A stretch of DNA of 64,000 nt, from contig CAWCNY010000005.1 of the NCBI GenBank assembly GCA_963797095.1, forward strand, positions 512,001 to 576,000. The letters are read 5' to 3'. The position numbers were made by a program, and so were the translations under genes. The stretch comes from an uncultured Chloroflexia bacterium (GTDB lineage: Bacteria; Chloroflexota; Chloroflexia; QHBQ01; JADMIH01). The notes under the pieces are model-generated. The model worked only from the letters and a program-made list of their open reading frames with translations, had not been told where the DNA came from and searched no databases. The stretch's first letter is position 1. Each line of letters opens with the position of its first letter. Below are positions 18,914 through 27,658 of the stretch, in pieces.

Positions 18914-19855
18914 CTATTTGATTGTGAAGCTAGCCACGCCTACGCTGCCGCTCGATTGCCCTTGCGCCACCAGTGAATAGGTGCCAGCCGGTAGCCCATC
19001 GGTGTGCAAAGAGTAGGTGAACTTGCCGTCAACGCCGGTCTGTGCAAGCCTGTCCAGCCCTACCACACTGCCCTGCAAATGGCTGTCATCTTGCCCTAGC
19101 GAACTATCAGGAATAGCAACGCCATCGGGGACATTGATCCAGAAGCTGATTTCTTCGTTAGTGCCATAGGAAGTGCCAACGACCGTAAACGTAGTACCAG
19201 CATCGACCGGCCCGCCGGCTCCCAATATATCCAACCGCTCGTTATCTTCGGTACCTGAGATCGGCATTCGCCCCGCTTCCATGTACAGCACAGTGGAAGT
19301 GCTGCCCTGCCCCTTTCCGATGTGGTCGTCCCAACTGACGTGCGCGCGGCAAGCAAAGCTCAACGTTTCAGGTGCGGTAGGCAGGAGGTGAGCGCTGATC
19401 TTCATTGTAGTTGTAGTTTGAGCACCCACTTTCCCAAGCGCGAGAATGATACTTTCCGAAGTGAGAGACTGCACGCTGACGCCATCCCGGCTGCTCGTAA
19501 AACCATCCACTACCACATTCGGATCGAGTGGAAGTGTTACCACAGTATTTGTGGCATCCTCGCTGCCGGCATCCTGCACAGCTATGGTATAGGTGAAGGA
19601 TGAACCGGGAGCTAGCTGTTCGCCGGCGCTATAGGTCAGGCTGATCGTGAGCAGGTGGGATTCGGGCCGGTGAGGCTGGGGCGCTGGACGACGGAACTGT
19701 TCATATTGCGGACTCAGCGAGGAGTCAGGGTTTGTAATAGCTTGCGCGGTCAGAGTTTGTGCGGATGCGCTTCCCGCGCCAACTAGAGCGCCTGCCAGTA
19801 AAAGGGAGAAAGCGATGCCGGTAATCCATCGGACGTAAGCTCTGGCGAACATCAA
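18914..19855 (-). CDS. Secreted protein with DUF11-like Ig domain
   Basis: Signal peptide (ASA/Q), PGSSFTYTIAV.D.G...ATN.VVT..LD motif; AAGGAG RBS. Confidence 0.7.
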   Translation of the reverse strand: MMFARAYVRWITGIAFSLLLAGALVGAGSASAQTLTAQAITNPDSSLSPQYEQFRRPAPQPHRPESHLLTISLTYSAGEQLAPGSSFTYTIAVQDAGSEDATNTVVTLPLDPNVVVDGFTSSRDGVSVQSLTSESIILALGKVGAQTTTTMKISAHLLPTAPETLSFACRAHVSWDDHIGKGQGSTSTVLYMEAGRMPISGTEDNERLDILGAGGPVDAGTTFTVVGTSYGTNEEISFWINVPDGVAIPDSSLGQDDSHLQGSVVGLDRLAQTGVDGKFTYSLHTDGLPAGTYSLVAQGQSSGSVGVASFTIK

Positions 19856-20041
19856 TATATCTCCTTATGTCTCCTTCGATAGAAACAACAAATCGGCTTT
19901 TCAGCCATCACTTCTCGTGATGCGGAGCTCTCAAGCATAGTGTACGACCGCCAGATTAAACCGAGATGGCAAAATTATTAGGAATTGATGAGAATCGCTG
20001 GGGTTCTAGGCCGTTCCTCGTTCTGGTTCACGAGCGGAGGA

Positions 20042-21301
20042 CTAGAGCACAAGACTGTCTCCCACAAACAGTCCTCCTTCGTCTGGCTTAGAGGGTACGC
20101 CCATCACTCTCCCTTTAGCAAAGTAAGGGAAATCAGGCCATTGAGCGGGGTCGCCTGCTGCCTTGCCAGGCACAGGCAACAGCCGCGCCGTCAGGGGCTT
20201 ATCGAGTTTTACCGCCAGCGTTGCCATATCTAGAATAACTCGTTCCAACTGCTTCAGGGACATATCACCCGCCAGGGGGATCGTATCAAGCCCAAGCCCG
20301 CACACCGCCGACATCAATAGCAGGGTATCGAGCGTCACCAGGCCCTCGCCTGCACGGTCGGCCAGCGTCTGATCCTCCAGCGCGGGCAGCATCAGACCTG
20401 AGTACCCGATAGTAGGCACCAGAGCACGAGCGTCCTTGAGCACAGATGTGACGAAGGCGGCAGCCGCCACAGTGCCAGGCCCACCCAATGGCCCACCTGC
20501 CACCAGTTCTAACGCCCGCCCTATACTTCGATCTGCCGAAGGGTATGGAGCCATCGAAATATCCAGCCCGGTGAACGTGTATCCGGCGTCGGCTCCAAAG
20601 GCCGCACAGGTCTCGGCCACCCGCCCGCCTTCATCGGCCAGCAGGGCCAGCAGGTTCCCACGCGCTTCCTCGTGTGAGCGCGCCCCCTCGAACGCCCGCA
20701 CTGCCAGGTCGGCGGCCTCCAACGCGATACCGAACTCCGGCCCGCTGCTATTCCTCTCATCCTCGATGTAATAGGAGGCAGGGAAGAATGGCACATGGGG
20801 CGGGCAATTGCATGCAGCCGCGAAGCGCAGATTCCCGAATCCGTCCGGCGTGCCATCGGCCAGCGCCCTGATCGCCCGTGCCGCCGCTCTCACCGCTTCC
20901 AGGCTGATTACGCCCGAACCATCACGCCGACCGCCCACCTGTATGCTTCCGAACAGGTTCTCTACTGCCAACAACAGGCCGGGCAGCGCATCCATCAGTG
21001 CTGTAACAACCCCGTCGTCTACATCTGAAACCGACTGGATCGTGCCAAGCGAGCAGTAGTCGAGACCAGACTCTGCACATAGCTTGCCAACCTCGGCCAC
21101 CGCAGCTTGCACACCATCTCCAGGTGTCAGCCAGCGCTCAACCGGCTGCGTCGAAAGGCGGGTGGTTTGCACAGTGAAGCCAGCCGCCTCCAACGCGGCC
21201 TTACCTGTCCCGGCAAACGCGCCAAGACGCTCGATCAGCGCACGGCGCTCCTCGGCGTCTACAGGCAAGGCCGCTCCAACCGTCAACGACCGGATATTCA
21301 T
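20042..21301 (-). CDS. DUF711 (PFL-like, UPF0210-related) family protein
   Basis: IRSLTVG, VQTTRLST, NLRFAA, PFFPASY, GLDISMAPYP, GYSGLMLP.LED, SAVCGLGLDTIPL.GD, KPLTARLLP. Confidence 0.85.
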   Translation of the reverse strand: MNIRSLTVGAALPVDAEERRALIERLGAFAGTGKAALEAAGFTVQTTRLSTQPVERWLTPGDGVQAAVAEVGKLCAESGLDYCSLGTIQSVSDVDDGVVTALMDALPGLLLAVENLFGSIQVGGRRDGSGVISLEAVRAAARAIRALADGTPDGFGNLRFAAACNCPPHVPFFPASYYIEDERNSSGPEFGIALEAADLAVRAFEGARSHEEARGNLLALLADEGGRVAETCAAFGADAGYTFTGLDISMAPYPSADRSIGRALELVAGGPLGGPGTVAAAAFVTSVLKDARALVPTIGYSGLMLPALEDQTLADRAGEGLVTLDTLLLMSAVCGLGLDTIPLAGDMSLKQLERVILDMATLAVKLDKPLTARLLPVPGKAAGDPAQWPDFPYFAKGRVMGVPSKPDEGGLFVGDSLVL

Positions 21302-21402
21302 GACAGCATACTTACCCTCTCAGAGTCAGAAGAACACGAAGAAAACATCTTCGTGCTCTTCCCAACCCATGACATTACGCTTGATTCCAGAGTGTCATGC
21401 AA

Positions 21403-22020
21403 CTATGGCTCAACCGGATACCCGGCGTTCTTCCATACATCGTAGCTGTACGGCCCCTGCAATACTTTTATGTTGGTGTAGCCTACACCCTTGAGCGAAT
21501 ACGCCACACTGGCGCTCTCTTCGTCGTGTGGTCATTGGCAGTACAGGATCACATTGCCTGTCTTGGGAATTTCGCTCAACCTGCTCTGGACATCAGGCTG
21601 TGGGATATTGACTGCCCCGGTGATATGACCCTGGTTATAAAACTGGGCATCGCGCACGTCGATTATTTTGACGTTGTTAGCATCGTACAGGGCCTTGGCA
21701 TCTGTGATCGTTATGCGCGGCAACACACTAGGGGAAGTCATAGTTGCAAATGCTATTGCTGTCTGGGTCATGTCTGGCAGAGCGGTTGGCCCGTTTGAGG
21801 TCGATGGTGAGGGCTGCCCACCCTTGTTCTGGCTAACCAGTATAACCACAAGCACCACCAATGCCAGCCCGCTTACCACAAGCAGCGATATGCCAAAGGC
21901 GTCCAACCGCCGCCTTGGTGGCCCGCCCGGCGCGTACCGTGGGTCGATAGGTCTGCTTGGCCCGCGCACCTTGGTGGCAGGCTTACCGCGTCGTGCATTC
22001 TTACCTGGTCTGTAACTCAT
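21403..22020 (-). CDS. Membrane-anchored rhodanese-domain protein, probable selenoprotein (in-frame UGA at 21532-21534)
   Basis: AGAAGGAG RBS and ATG at 22020; one TM helix; IIDVRD...GHITGAVNIP...ILYCQ-UGA-PHDEESASVAYSLKGVGYTNIKVLQG...WKNAGYPVEP-TAG completes the rhodanese fold; hairpin 3' of the UGA. Confidence 0.85.
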
Positions 22021-22200
22021 ACGCTCCTTCTCTAGCAAAGTGAATAGATTCCGACGAAAAATATAACATAGGCAGGCATGGGGGCACAAGTTCACTTGGC
22101 CCAATAGCTGTATGGCGCATCCCGGTGGCAGCCGCCGGGTTGAATGAAGGCATCGAGGTTGAGCAACTATATCTGAATCTGACAAATATGATCGCAAATC

Positions 22201-22230
22201 TTGACACTACAGGCGCTCATGATGTAAACT
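22201..22230 (+). promoter_or_regulatory. Sigma70-type promoter of the S-box leader
   Basis: TTGACA-N18-TAAACT just upstream of the riboswitch. Confidence 0.55.
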
Positions 22231-22247
22231 GAGCGCGACAGCCCAAT

Positions 22248-22345
22248 AGAAATCGAGAGTGGTAGCGAGAGAACTGGCTCGTTGACCTACCCGGCAACCG
22301 ATCAAAGACGCGGTGCCAAACCCAGCCCCCATGGGGAAGGATTCG
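22248..22345 (+). ncRNA. SAM-I (S-box) riboswitch aptamer
   Basis: ATCGAGAG..GAGAGAACTGGCTCGTTGA..CGGCAACC...GGTGCCAAACCC...GAT conserved core, upstream of a methionine-regeneration gene. Confidence 0.88.
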
Positions 22346-22364
22346 GCCTTTCGGCAAACGCGAC

Positions 22365-22388
22365 GCCTCTCCTTGTAGAGGCTTTTTT
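22365..22388 (+). terminator. Intrinsic terminator (riboswitch expression platform)
   Basis: gcctct-ccttgt-agaggc-tttttt. Confidence 0.8.
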
Positions 22389-22518
22389 GTTGTAAGAATG
22401 AACAAAGAACAATAAGTGACAGGTGACAAGTGACTAGTGACGAGTATCAGGAATATGCAGTAGGCAGTGGTCAAGTAGCGCTCGTCACTTGTCAAATCAT
22501 CAGGCTTACGAGAAGAAT

Positions 22519-24498
22519 ATGACAGAGACCCAACTACACCCATTCCTGGCCCGCCTCAAGGAGCCGGATCCTATCATATGCGATGGCGCGATGGGCACCA
22601 TGCTCTACTCTATGGGTGTGCCTGCCAATAGCTGCTTCGACGAGTGCAACATCACGCAACCCGACATCGTCAGGCGCGTGCACGAGGCTTACATCAAGGC
22701 GGGAGCCGAGATTATAGAGACCAACACTTATGGGGCAAACCGCTTCAAGCTGGCATCGTTCGACCTTGCCGATAAAGTCAAACGGATCAACATGCGTGGG
22801 GCGCGACTCGCCCGCGAAGTACGAGAGGTAAGCGGCCAGCCTGTAATAGTAGCCGGGGCTGTCGGTCCGCTCGGCAAGACGATCCAGCCGGTCGGCCTCA
22901 TTCCAGCCCTGGAAGCCCGAGATTTCTTCCGCGAGCAGGTAGAAGCTCTATTGGAAGGCGGGGTCGACCTGATTATCCTGGAGACCTTCCGGGACCTTGA
23001 GGAGATGCGCCAGGCCCTGATCGCCGTCCGCGACGTCTGCGACCTCCCTGTCGTTGCCCAGATGACTTTTGAGGAAGATGGCCGAACCCAGCTAGGAAGC
23101 ACTCCCCAGGAGATCGTTAGCGCCCTCCAGCAATTGGGAGCCGATGTGATCGGCGCGAACTGCTCCACAGGCCCCCAACGCATGTCGCGCGTTATCGCTG
23201 ATATGGTATCTCATGCTACGATCCCTGTGTCGGCCCAGCCCAACGCCGGGTGGCCCGAAACGGTCAACAACCGCGTAGTGTACGTCTCTACACCTGAGTA
23301 CATGGCTAACTTCGCCCGCCGCATGTTCGATGGCGGCGCGAAGATCCTCGGCGGCTGCTGCGGCACAACTCCCGCCCACATCAAGGCCCTTACTGATGCC
23401 CTTCGGGCGACGAAGGACGAAGGACAAACGACGGACGAAGGAAGAGCAACAAAGACAGATACGGCAGCGCCGTACGTCCTCCGTCCATCAGCCATCACCA
23501 CCGGCGCACTTCGTCCCACCGAGGCCGAGCCGCCGATGCTCCGCGAGGCCGCACCACTCGAAGTAAGTGAGGAGCACACTTCTACCCACAACCAGCCCGG
23601 TTCGTTCGGGTGGAGGCTAGGCAAAGAATTCATTGTTAGCGTCGAACTTGCCCCGCCGCGAGGCATCAACCCTACCAAGGTACTGGCGGGTGCCGAGATG
23701 CTTTTGCGCAAGGGCGTGGATGCCGTCAATGTCACCGACAGCGCCCTGGGCCGCGCCTCCATGAGCGCCCTCGCGGTTTGCTATCAGGTGCTTGGACGCA
23801 CCGGCATGACCGTCATCCCCCACTTCACCACCCGCGACCGCACACTAATGGGCATCCAATCCGAGTTACTAGGCGCCCATTCTATGGGCTTGCGCCACAT
23901 TCTGGCTCTCACAGGCGACGCCCCCAACCCGGTTGACCGCCTCGGCTCCTCAGCCGTGTTCGACATCGACTCTATAGGCTTGATCAAGCTGATCACCAGG
24001 CTCAACCGGGGCGAAGACCTGGCGGGCAACTCCATCGGAGGGATCACCGACTTCCTCATCGGGTGCGCCTTCAACCCGACCGCCCGCGATATCCCTCTCG
24101 AAAAGGAGCGCCTTGCTCAGAAGCTTGAGGCAGGCGCGCATTTCGTAATGACACAGCCCGTCTACGACCTTGAAGTGGTAGATCGCACCCTCGAACATAT
24201 AAAAGACTTCAACGCCAATATCATCCTCGGCATACTACCGCTCCAAAGCTGGAAGCACGCTGAGTTTCTCCACAACGAGGTGCCAGGCATCGTGATCCCG
24301 GAATTCGTGCTCGCCAAGATGTACGAGGCCGGCCCCAACGGCAGGCAGGCGGGCCTTGAAATGGCCCAGGAAATCCTTCAGTACGCTTACTCGCGCTACG
24401 CTGGCGTCTACCTGATGCCATCCTTTGGCCGCTACGAGATGAGCGCCAGCGTGCTCGATGTGCTCCCCAGGTTCCAGAGCGCCGCCATCGAAGCTTGA
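22519..24498 (+). CDS. yitJ: Bifunctional homocysteine S-methyltransferase / methylenetetrahydrofolate reductase (YitJ-like)
   Basis: DGAMGT, ETNTYGAN, GANCSTGP, GGCCGTTPAHI, then SVELAPPRG, VNVTDS, HFTTRDR, LALTGD, FVMTQPVYD, HNEVPGI. Confidence 0.92.
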   Translation: MTETQLHPFLARLKEPDPIICDGAMGTMLYSMGVPANSCFDECNITQPDIVRRVHEAYIKAGAEIIETNTYGANRFKLASFDLADKVKRINMRGARLAREVREVSGQPVIVAGAVGPLGKTIQPVGLIPALEARDFFREQVEALLEGGVDLIILETFRDLEEMRQALIAVRDVCDLPVVAQMTFEEDGRTQLGSTPQEIVSALQQLGADVIGANCSTGPQRMSRVIADMVSHATIPVSAQPNAGWPETVNNRVVYVSTPEYMANFARRMFDGGAKILGGCCGTTPAHIKALTDALRATKDEGQTTDEGRATKTDTAAPYVLRPSAITTGALRPTEAEPPMLREAAPLEVSEEHTSTHNQPGSFGWRLGKEFIVSVELAPPRGINPTKVLAGAEMLLRKGVDAVNVTDSALGRASMSALAVCYQVLGRTGMTVIPHFTTRDRTLMGIQSELLGAHSMGLRHILALTGDAPNPVDRLGSSAVFDIDSIGLIKLITRLNRGEDLAGNSIGGITDFLIGCAFNPTARDIPLEKERLAQKLEAGAHFVMTQPVYDLEVVDRTLEHIKDFNANIILGILPLQSWKHAEFLHNEVPGIVIPEFVLAKMYEAGPNGRQAGLEMAQEILQYAYSRYAGVYLMPSFGRYEMSASVLDVLPRFQSAAIEA

Positions 24499-24533
24499 TG
24501 TAACGGAAGGTTCTTCTCAATTCCAGAGATGAG

Positions 24534-25025
24534 TCATCCGATTCCCCTCTCGTCAGCCTGAGCGAGAGCGATCTTGATCAATCTCTGCTGTCCTCGCGAG
24601 ATGGCTTCGGGTAGATCATCCATGTGGAAGAAGTGGGCCTCCGATACCTCTGCGTTCGGCTTGAACTGCGCCAGACTCTCGCCTGGCAGCAGCTTGCACA
24701 CATAGATCACGTCAACTAGCCGTTGGTCATAGTGAGCTGCCCCGGAGAGCATCGCCACCGCCTCTACGCGCATCCCGGTTTCCTCAAGGGTCTCGCGTTG
24801 CAGGCACTCTTCCAGGCTCTCTCCAGGCCGCAGGCCGCCGCCGGGCAGGCCCCAGGGCCTGTTTCCCCGGTACGTATGCTTCAGCAGGAGCACGCGCCCC
24901 TCGCCATCCCGCACCAGCCCACTCACACCCACTACATACTTTGGACTGAGCAGCCAGAGAATGGTAGTTCGCACTCGCCCCTTCACCGGCAACTTGCCCC
25001 AAACCCACGTCACCAACCTGTTCAT
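24534..25025 (-). CDS. Nudix hydrolase
   Basis: WGLPGGGLRPGESLEECLQRETLEETGM Nudix box. Confidence 0.9.
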   Translation of the reverse strand: MNRLVTWVWGKLPVKGRVRTTILWLLSPKYVVGVSGLVRDGEGRVLLLKHTYRGNRPWGLPGGGLRPGESLEECLQRETLEETGMRVEAVAMLSGAAHYDQRLVDVIYVCKLLPGESLAQFKPNAEVSEAHFFHMDDLPEAISRGQQRLIKIALAQADERGIG

Positions 25026-25807
25026 GGCAAGGCCGCCTCTATCTGTGCTCCTGTGGTCGCGTCGAAGAATGCCACGCTCGCCTCAGGCTCCGGCGCGAAT
25101 ACCTCGTACACGACCTGCGGCAATTGACCTCCACCATCTCCCTGGAAGAGCGAGTCGAGTCCAAGCCGCGACGGCGCAACCAACGCCATACTCATCCCCG
25201 GCGCAGCTCCCACCTCTCCAGCCTTAGATACCAGGACATCCGAGTCCAGCAGTTTCGAAGGCTCAAGATCGGACAGCGCTTGACCAGAAGTATCCTCCTT
25301 CGTGATCTGGTCGAGTAAACCGGAGGACACCTTGCCTTGAGCAATCAGATCGAGCTTCTGCCCGCCGAGATCCAGCACCACCACGCTTCGAGCGCCAGGA
25401 GATGCAGCCAGCAACACCCAGTTACGCCCTTTGCCTTCCGGGGTCGGATCGCTCAGGGAAGGGTCGCTCAAGGCCATCGCCAGCAGTTGCCCTTCCTGCC
25501 CCAAATCGACATTGGCGAGCATTACAAACAGGGCGTCTTTCTCCCAGGCAAGCGCCTCGTCACGCAGTTGCCCAAACGCCTGCATAGCCGTCACCTCGTC
25601 CCCCTTCTTGATCGACAGTCGGGCAGTAGGTAGCTGCGAGGGCGAAACGGCGGGAGTCTGGACCGGGGCTAGCTGCGTAGGAGCCTGGGTCAGGGCAGGC
25701 GGGACACTGGGAGCGCCATCAGGTGTGATGTGTGTGTCATCGTCGCAAGCAGCCAGCGCAAGCAGAGATGCGAGTAACAGGACAACGGAGGTGAGAGATT
25801 TTCTCAA
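25022..25807 (-). CDS. Hypothetical lipoprotein
   Basis: Lipobox LALAA-C and Pro/Thr linker; stop overlaps the Nudix start (ATGA). Confidence 0.75.
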   Translation of the reverse strand: MRKSLTSVVLLLASLLALAACDDDTHITPDGAPSVPPALTQAPTQLAPVQTPAVSPSQLPTARLSIKKGDEVTAMQAFGQLRDEALAWEKDALFVMLANVDLGQEGQLLAMALSDPSLSDPTPEGKGRNWVLLAASPGARSVVVLDLGGQKLDLIAQGKVSSGLLDQITKEDTSGQALSDLEPSKLLDSDVLVSKAGEVGAAPGMSMALVAPSRLGLDSLFQGDGGGQLPQVVYEVFAPEPEASVAFFDATTGAQIEAALP

Positions 25808-26063
25808 AGTGGCAAATCAGCTTAACATCACCCATCGCTCTGCCCGTACCATAATGATCCGGCAGACAAACGGGCAACGATCTAGGGAGCTTAACGATCT
25901 AGGGAGGATTAATGTACTCGTCCATTATACAGCAGGGGGACACGCATCTCCCGGGCGGCCAGATGGAAGGCGAGATCAGTGAAGATGTGTACCCTAGTAC
26001 AGTTGGTGATCGGGTTATTGGTAGGTTGAGGTGAAGGTGATTTTACTGGCCCTCATTAACTAA

Positions 26064-27350
26064 GGAGCCTTCCGCAGATAAGGTGATCAAAGTAGCTGAG
26101 GCTTGATAGTGTAGTTCCATTCCCCGTGGAAGGCATCTTTGAACAGATTGAGGGCAGCCACTTGCTCATCAGTGACCTTGATCCCTGTCGGATATGCATG
26201 GCTGTCCTTGAGCGCCCTCACCACTAACCCCTCTTGGGTGGTAGTATGCGAGATCAGTTCCAACACCACTTCCATAGACGTGAGCGGGGTGGCCCGCCAA
26301 TTTATTGATATGTACGAAAACACTCGATGCTCTATCTTGTTCCATTTGCTGGTAGCAGGGGGATAATGCGCCACCGTGATGGCCAGTTGTTCTTCATTGG
26401 CCAGTGCCTGTAGCTTTTGCTTCCACAGGCGGTTTCTCACCCCATTGGAGCCTCCTCCATCAGCGGTGATCAGCAGTTCCTTTTTGCCTGGATAGAGGGT
26501 TTTGCCCCACTTCTGCCACCACCTGCGGATACTCTCCACCGCAAACTCAGCCGTATCATGGTCAATACCCACATTCACAAACCCCACGTTCACAAACCCC
26601 ACGTTATGCACCAGGTCATATATCCCGTAGGGGATGGCCTTGCCATCGGCCAGGGAAACAAAGTCATACACCGATACCACCCTCTCTTCCCCTTGAGCCT
26701 GCCATTCCCGTCCGTTGTTCCTGAACTGGCCTATCAACTCCTTCTTCTTGCAGTCAACGGAGATGATAGGAGCGCCTTTGTGTTCAAACTCTTTGCACCG
26801 AGCGTTGATGTGAGTAAATTGCTCATCCCGGTCAGGGTGCGATTGGCCTTCGATATTCTTCTTGTTGACGCGCAGAGAAAATCTCTGCTCGTGCAGCAAT
26901 TCGGCCAGTGCTGACTTCTTGATGTGATGCCCTTTGCCTTCAAGGGCTTGCACCAGGTGTGCCAACGATTTGGTGGTCCATCGTACAAGGCTCATCGGGT
27001 CACCCTTGGGTTCCAATTCCCTCTCCAGATCGGGGAGCAGGGTGGGATCGGTCTGTGCAAGCTTTTTCATGCCCCCACCAGGCTTGCGGATGCGTTCTCC
27101 TGGTTGATAGTTGTCCCCTGCCTCCCGTTCTTTCAGACCCCGCTTGACCGTGTTGAGGGATACCCCTGCCTCCCGAGCTACTGTGCTGGTGCTTCCTCTG
27201 CGTTGAGCCTCGGCTGCCAGGTACTGTCTCCACTGCTTCTCATTTAGCAGTGTCCGAAGCTGTTGGTATTCTTGTTCGGTCGAGAGCTTTTCCATACTCT
27301 CTATCTTCGCATATCTCCCTCTCTATGTCAACTAATTCTCGGAAGGCTCC
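26064..27350 (-). mobile_element. ISAzo13-family insertion sequence (1287 bp)
   Basis: Terminal IRs ggagccttccg (26064) and cggaaggctcc (27350); TAA duplicated on both flanks. Confidence 0.92.
26087..27295 (-). CDS. ISAzo13-family DDE transposase
   Basis: GDPMS..RWTTKS, HPDRDEQF, ISVDCKKKELIG, PYGIYD, DHDTAEFAV, ADGGGSN, SKWNKIEHR, FHGEWNYTI. Confidence 0.93.
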   Translation of the reverse strand: MEKLSTEQEYQQLRTLLNEKQWRQYLAAEAQRRGSTSTVAREAGVSLNTVKRGLKEREAGDNYQPGERIRKPGGGMKKLAQTDPTLLPDLERELEPKGDPMSLVRWTTKSLAHLVQALEGKGHHIKKSALAELLHEQRFSLRVNKKNIEGQSHPDRDEQFTHINARCKEFEHKGAPIISVDCKKKELIGQFRNNGREWQAQGEERVVSVYDFVSLADGKAIPYGIYDLVHNVGFVNVGFVNVGIDHDTAEFAVESIRRWWQKWGKTLYPGKKELLITADGGGSNGVRNRLWKQKLQALANEEQLAITVAHYPPATSKWNKIEHRVFSYISINWRATPLTSMEVVLELISHTTTQEGLVVRALKDSHAYPTGIKVTDEQVAALNLFKDAFHGEWNYTIKPQLL

Positions 27351-27509
27351 TAAGTGACGTTTGTGGGACAAAACGGGACAGGTTTTGGGGTGTACTTTCG
27401 GGTGGTTTTTGCCTGAAGTTTGAGGTTTGAGGTGTGGAGGGCTAGGCATACCTCAATGCTGTCGGATAAGAGTCACTGGAGTTGCATTATGCAGCGTCGG
27501 AATGCTTGT

Positions 27510-27583
27510 TCTTACGCCCCTACGGGGCTATGGCATTTTCCTGGGCTTACCACAGGGCTATGCTCTTACGTCCCTACAGGACT
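27510..27583. repeat. REP-like palindromic repeat pair
   Basis: tcttacgcccctacggggct and tcttacgtccctacaggact, homologous to 1-90. Confidence 0.7.
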
Positions 27584-27643
27584 TGGCTTGGGTGGCAATA
27601 GGGTAGGGCATCTGTGTTGGCTCCTGAGGGGGCACGTCCGGCA

Positions 27644-27652
27644 TGTTATAAT
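27644..27652 (+). promoter_or_regulatory. Extended -10 promoter, probably leaderless transcript
   Basis: TGtTATAAT ends 6 nt before the ATG at 27659; no SD. Confidence 0.65.
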
Positions 27653-27658
27653 TCTTGC

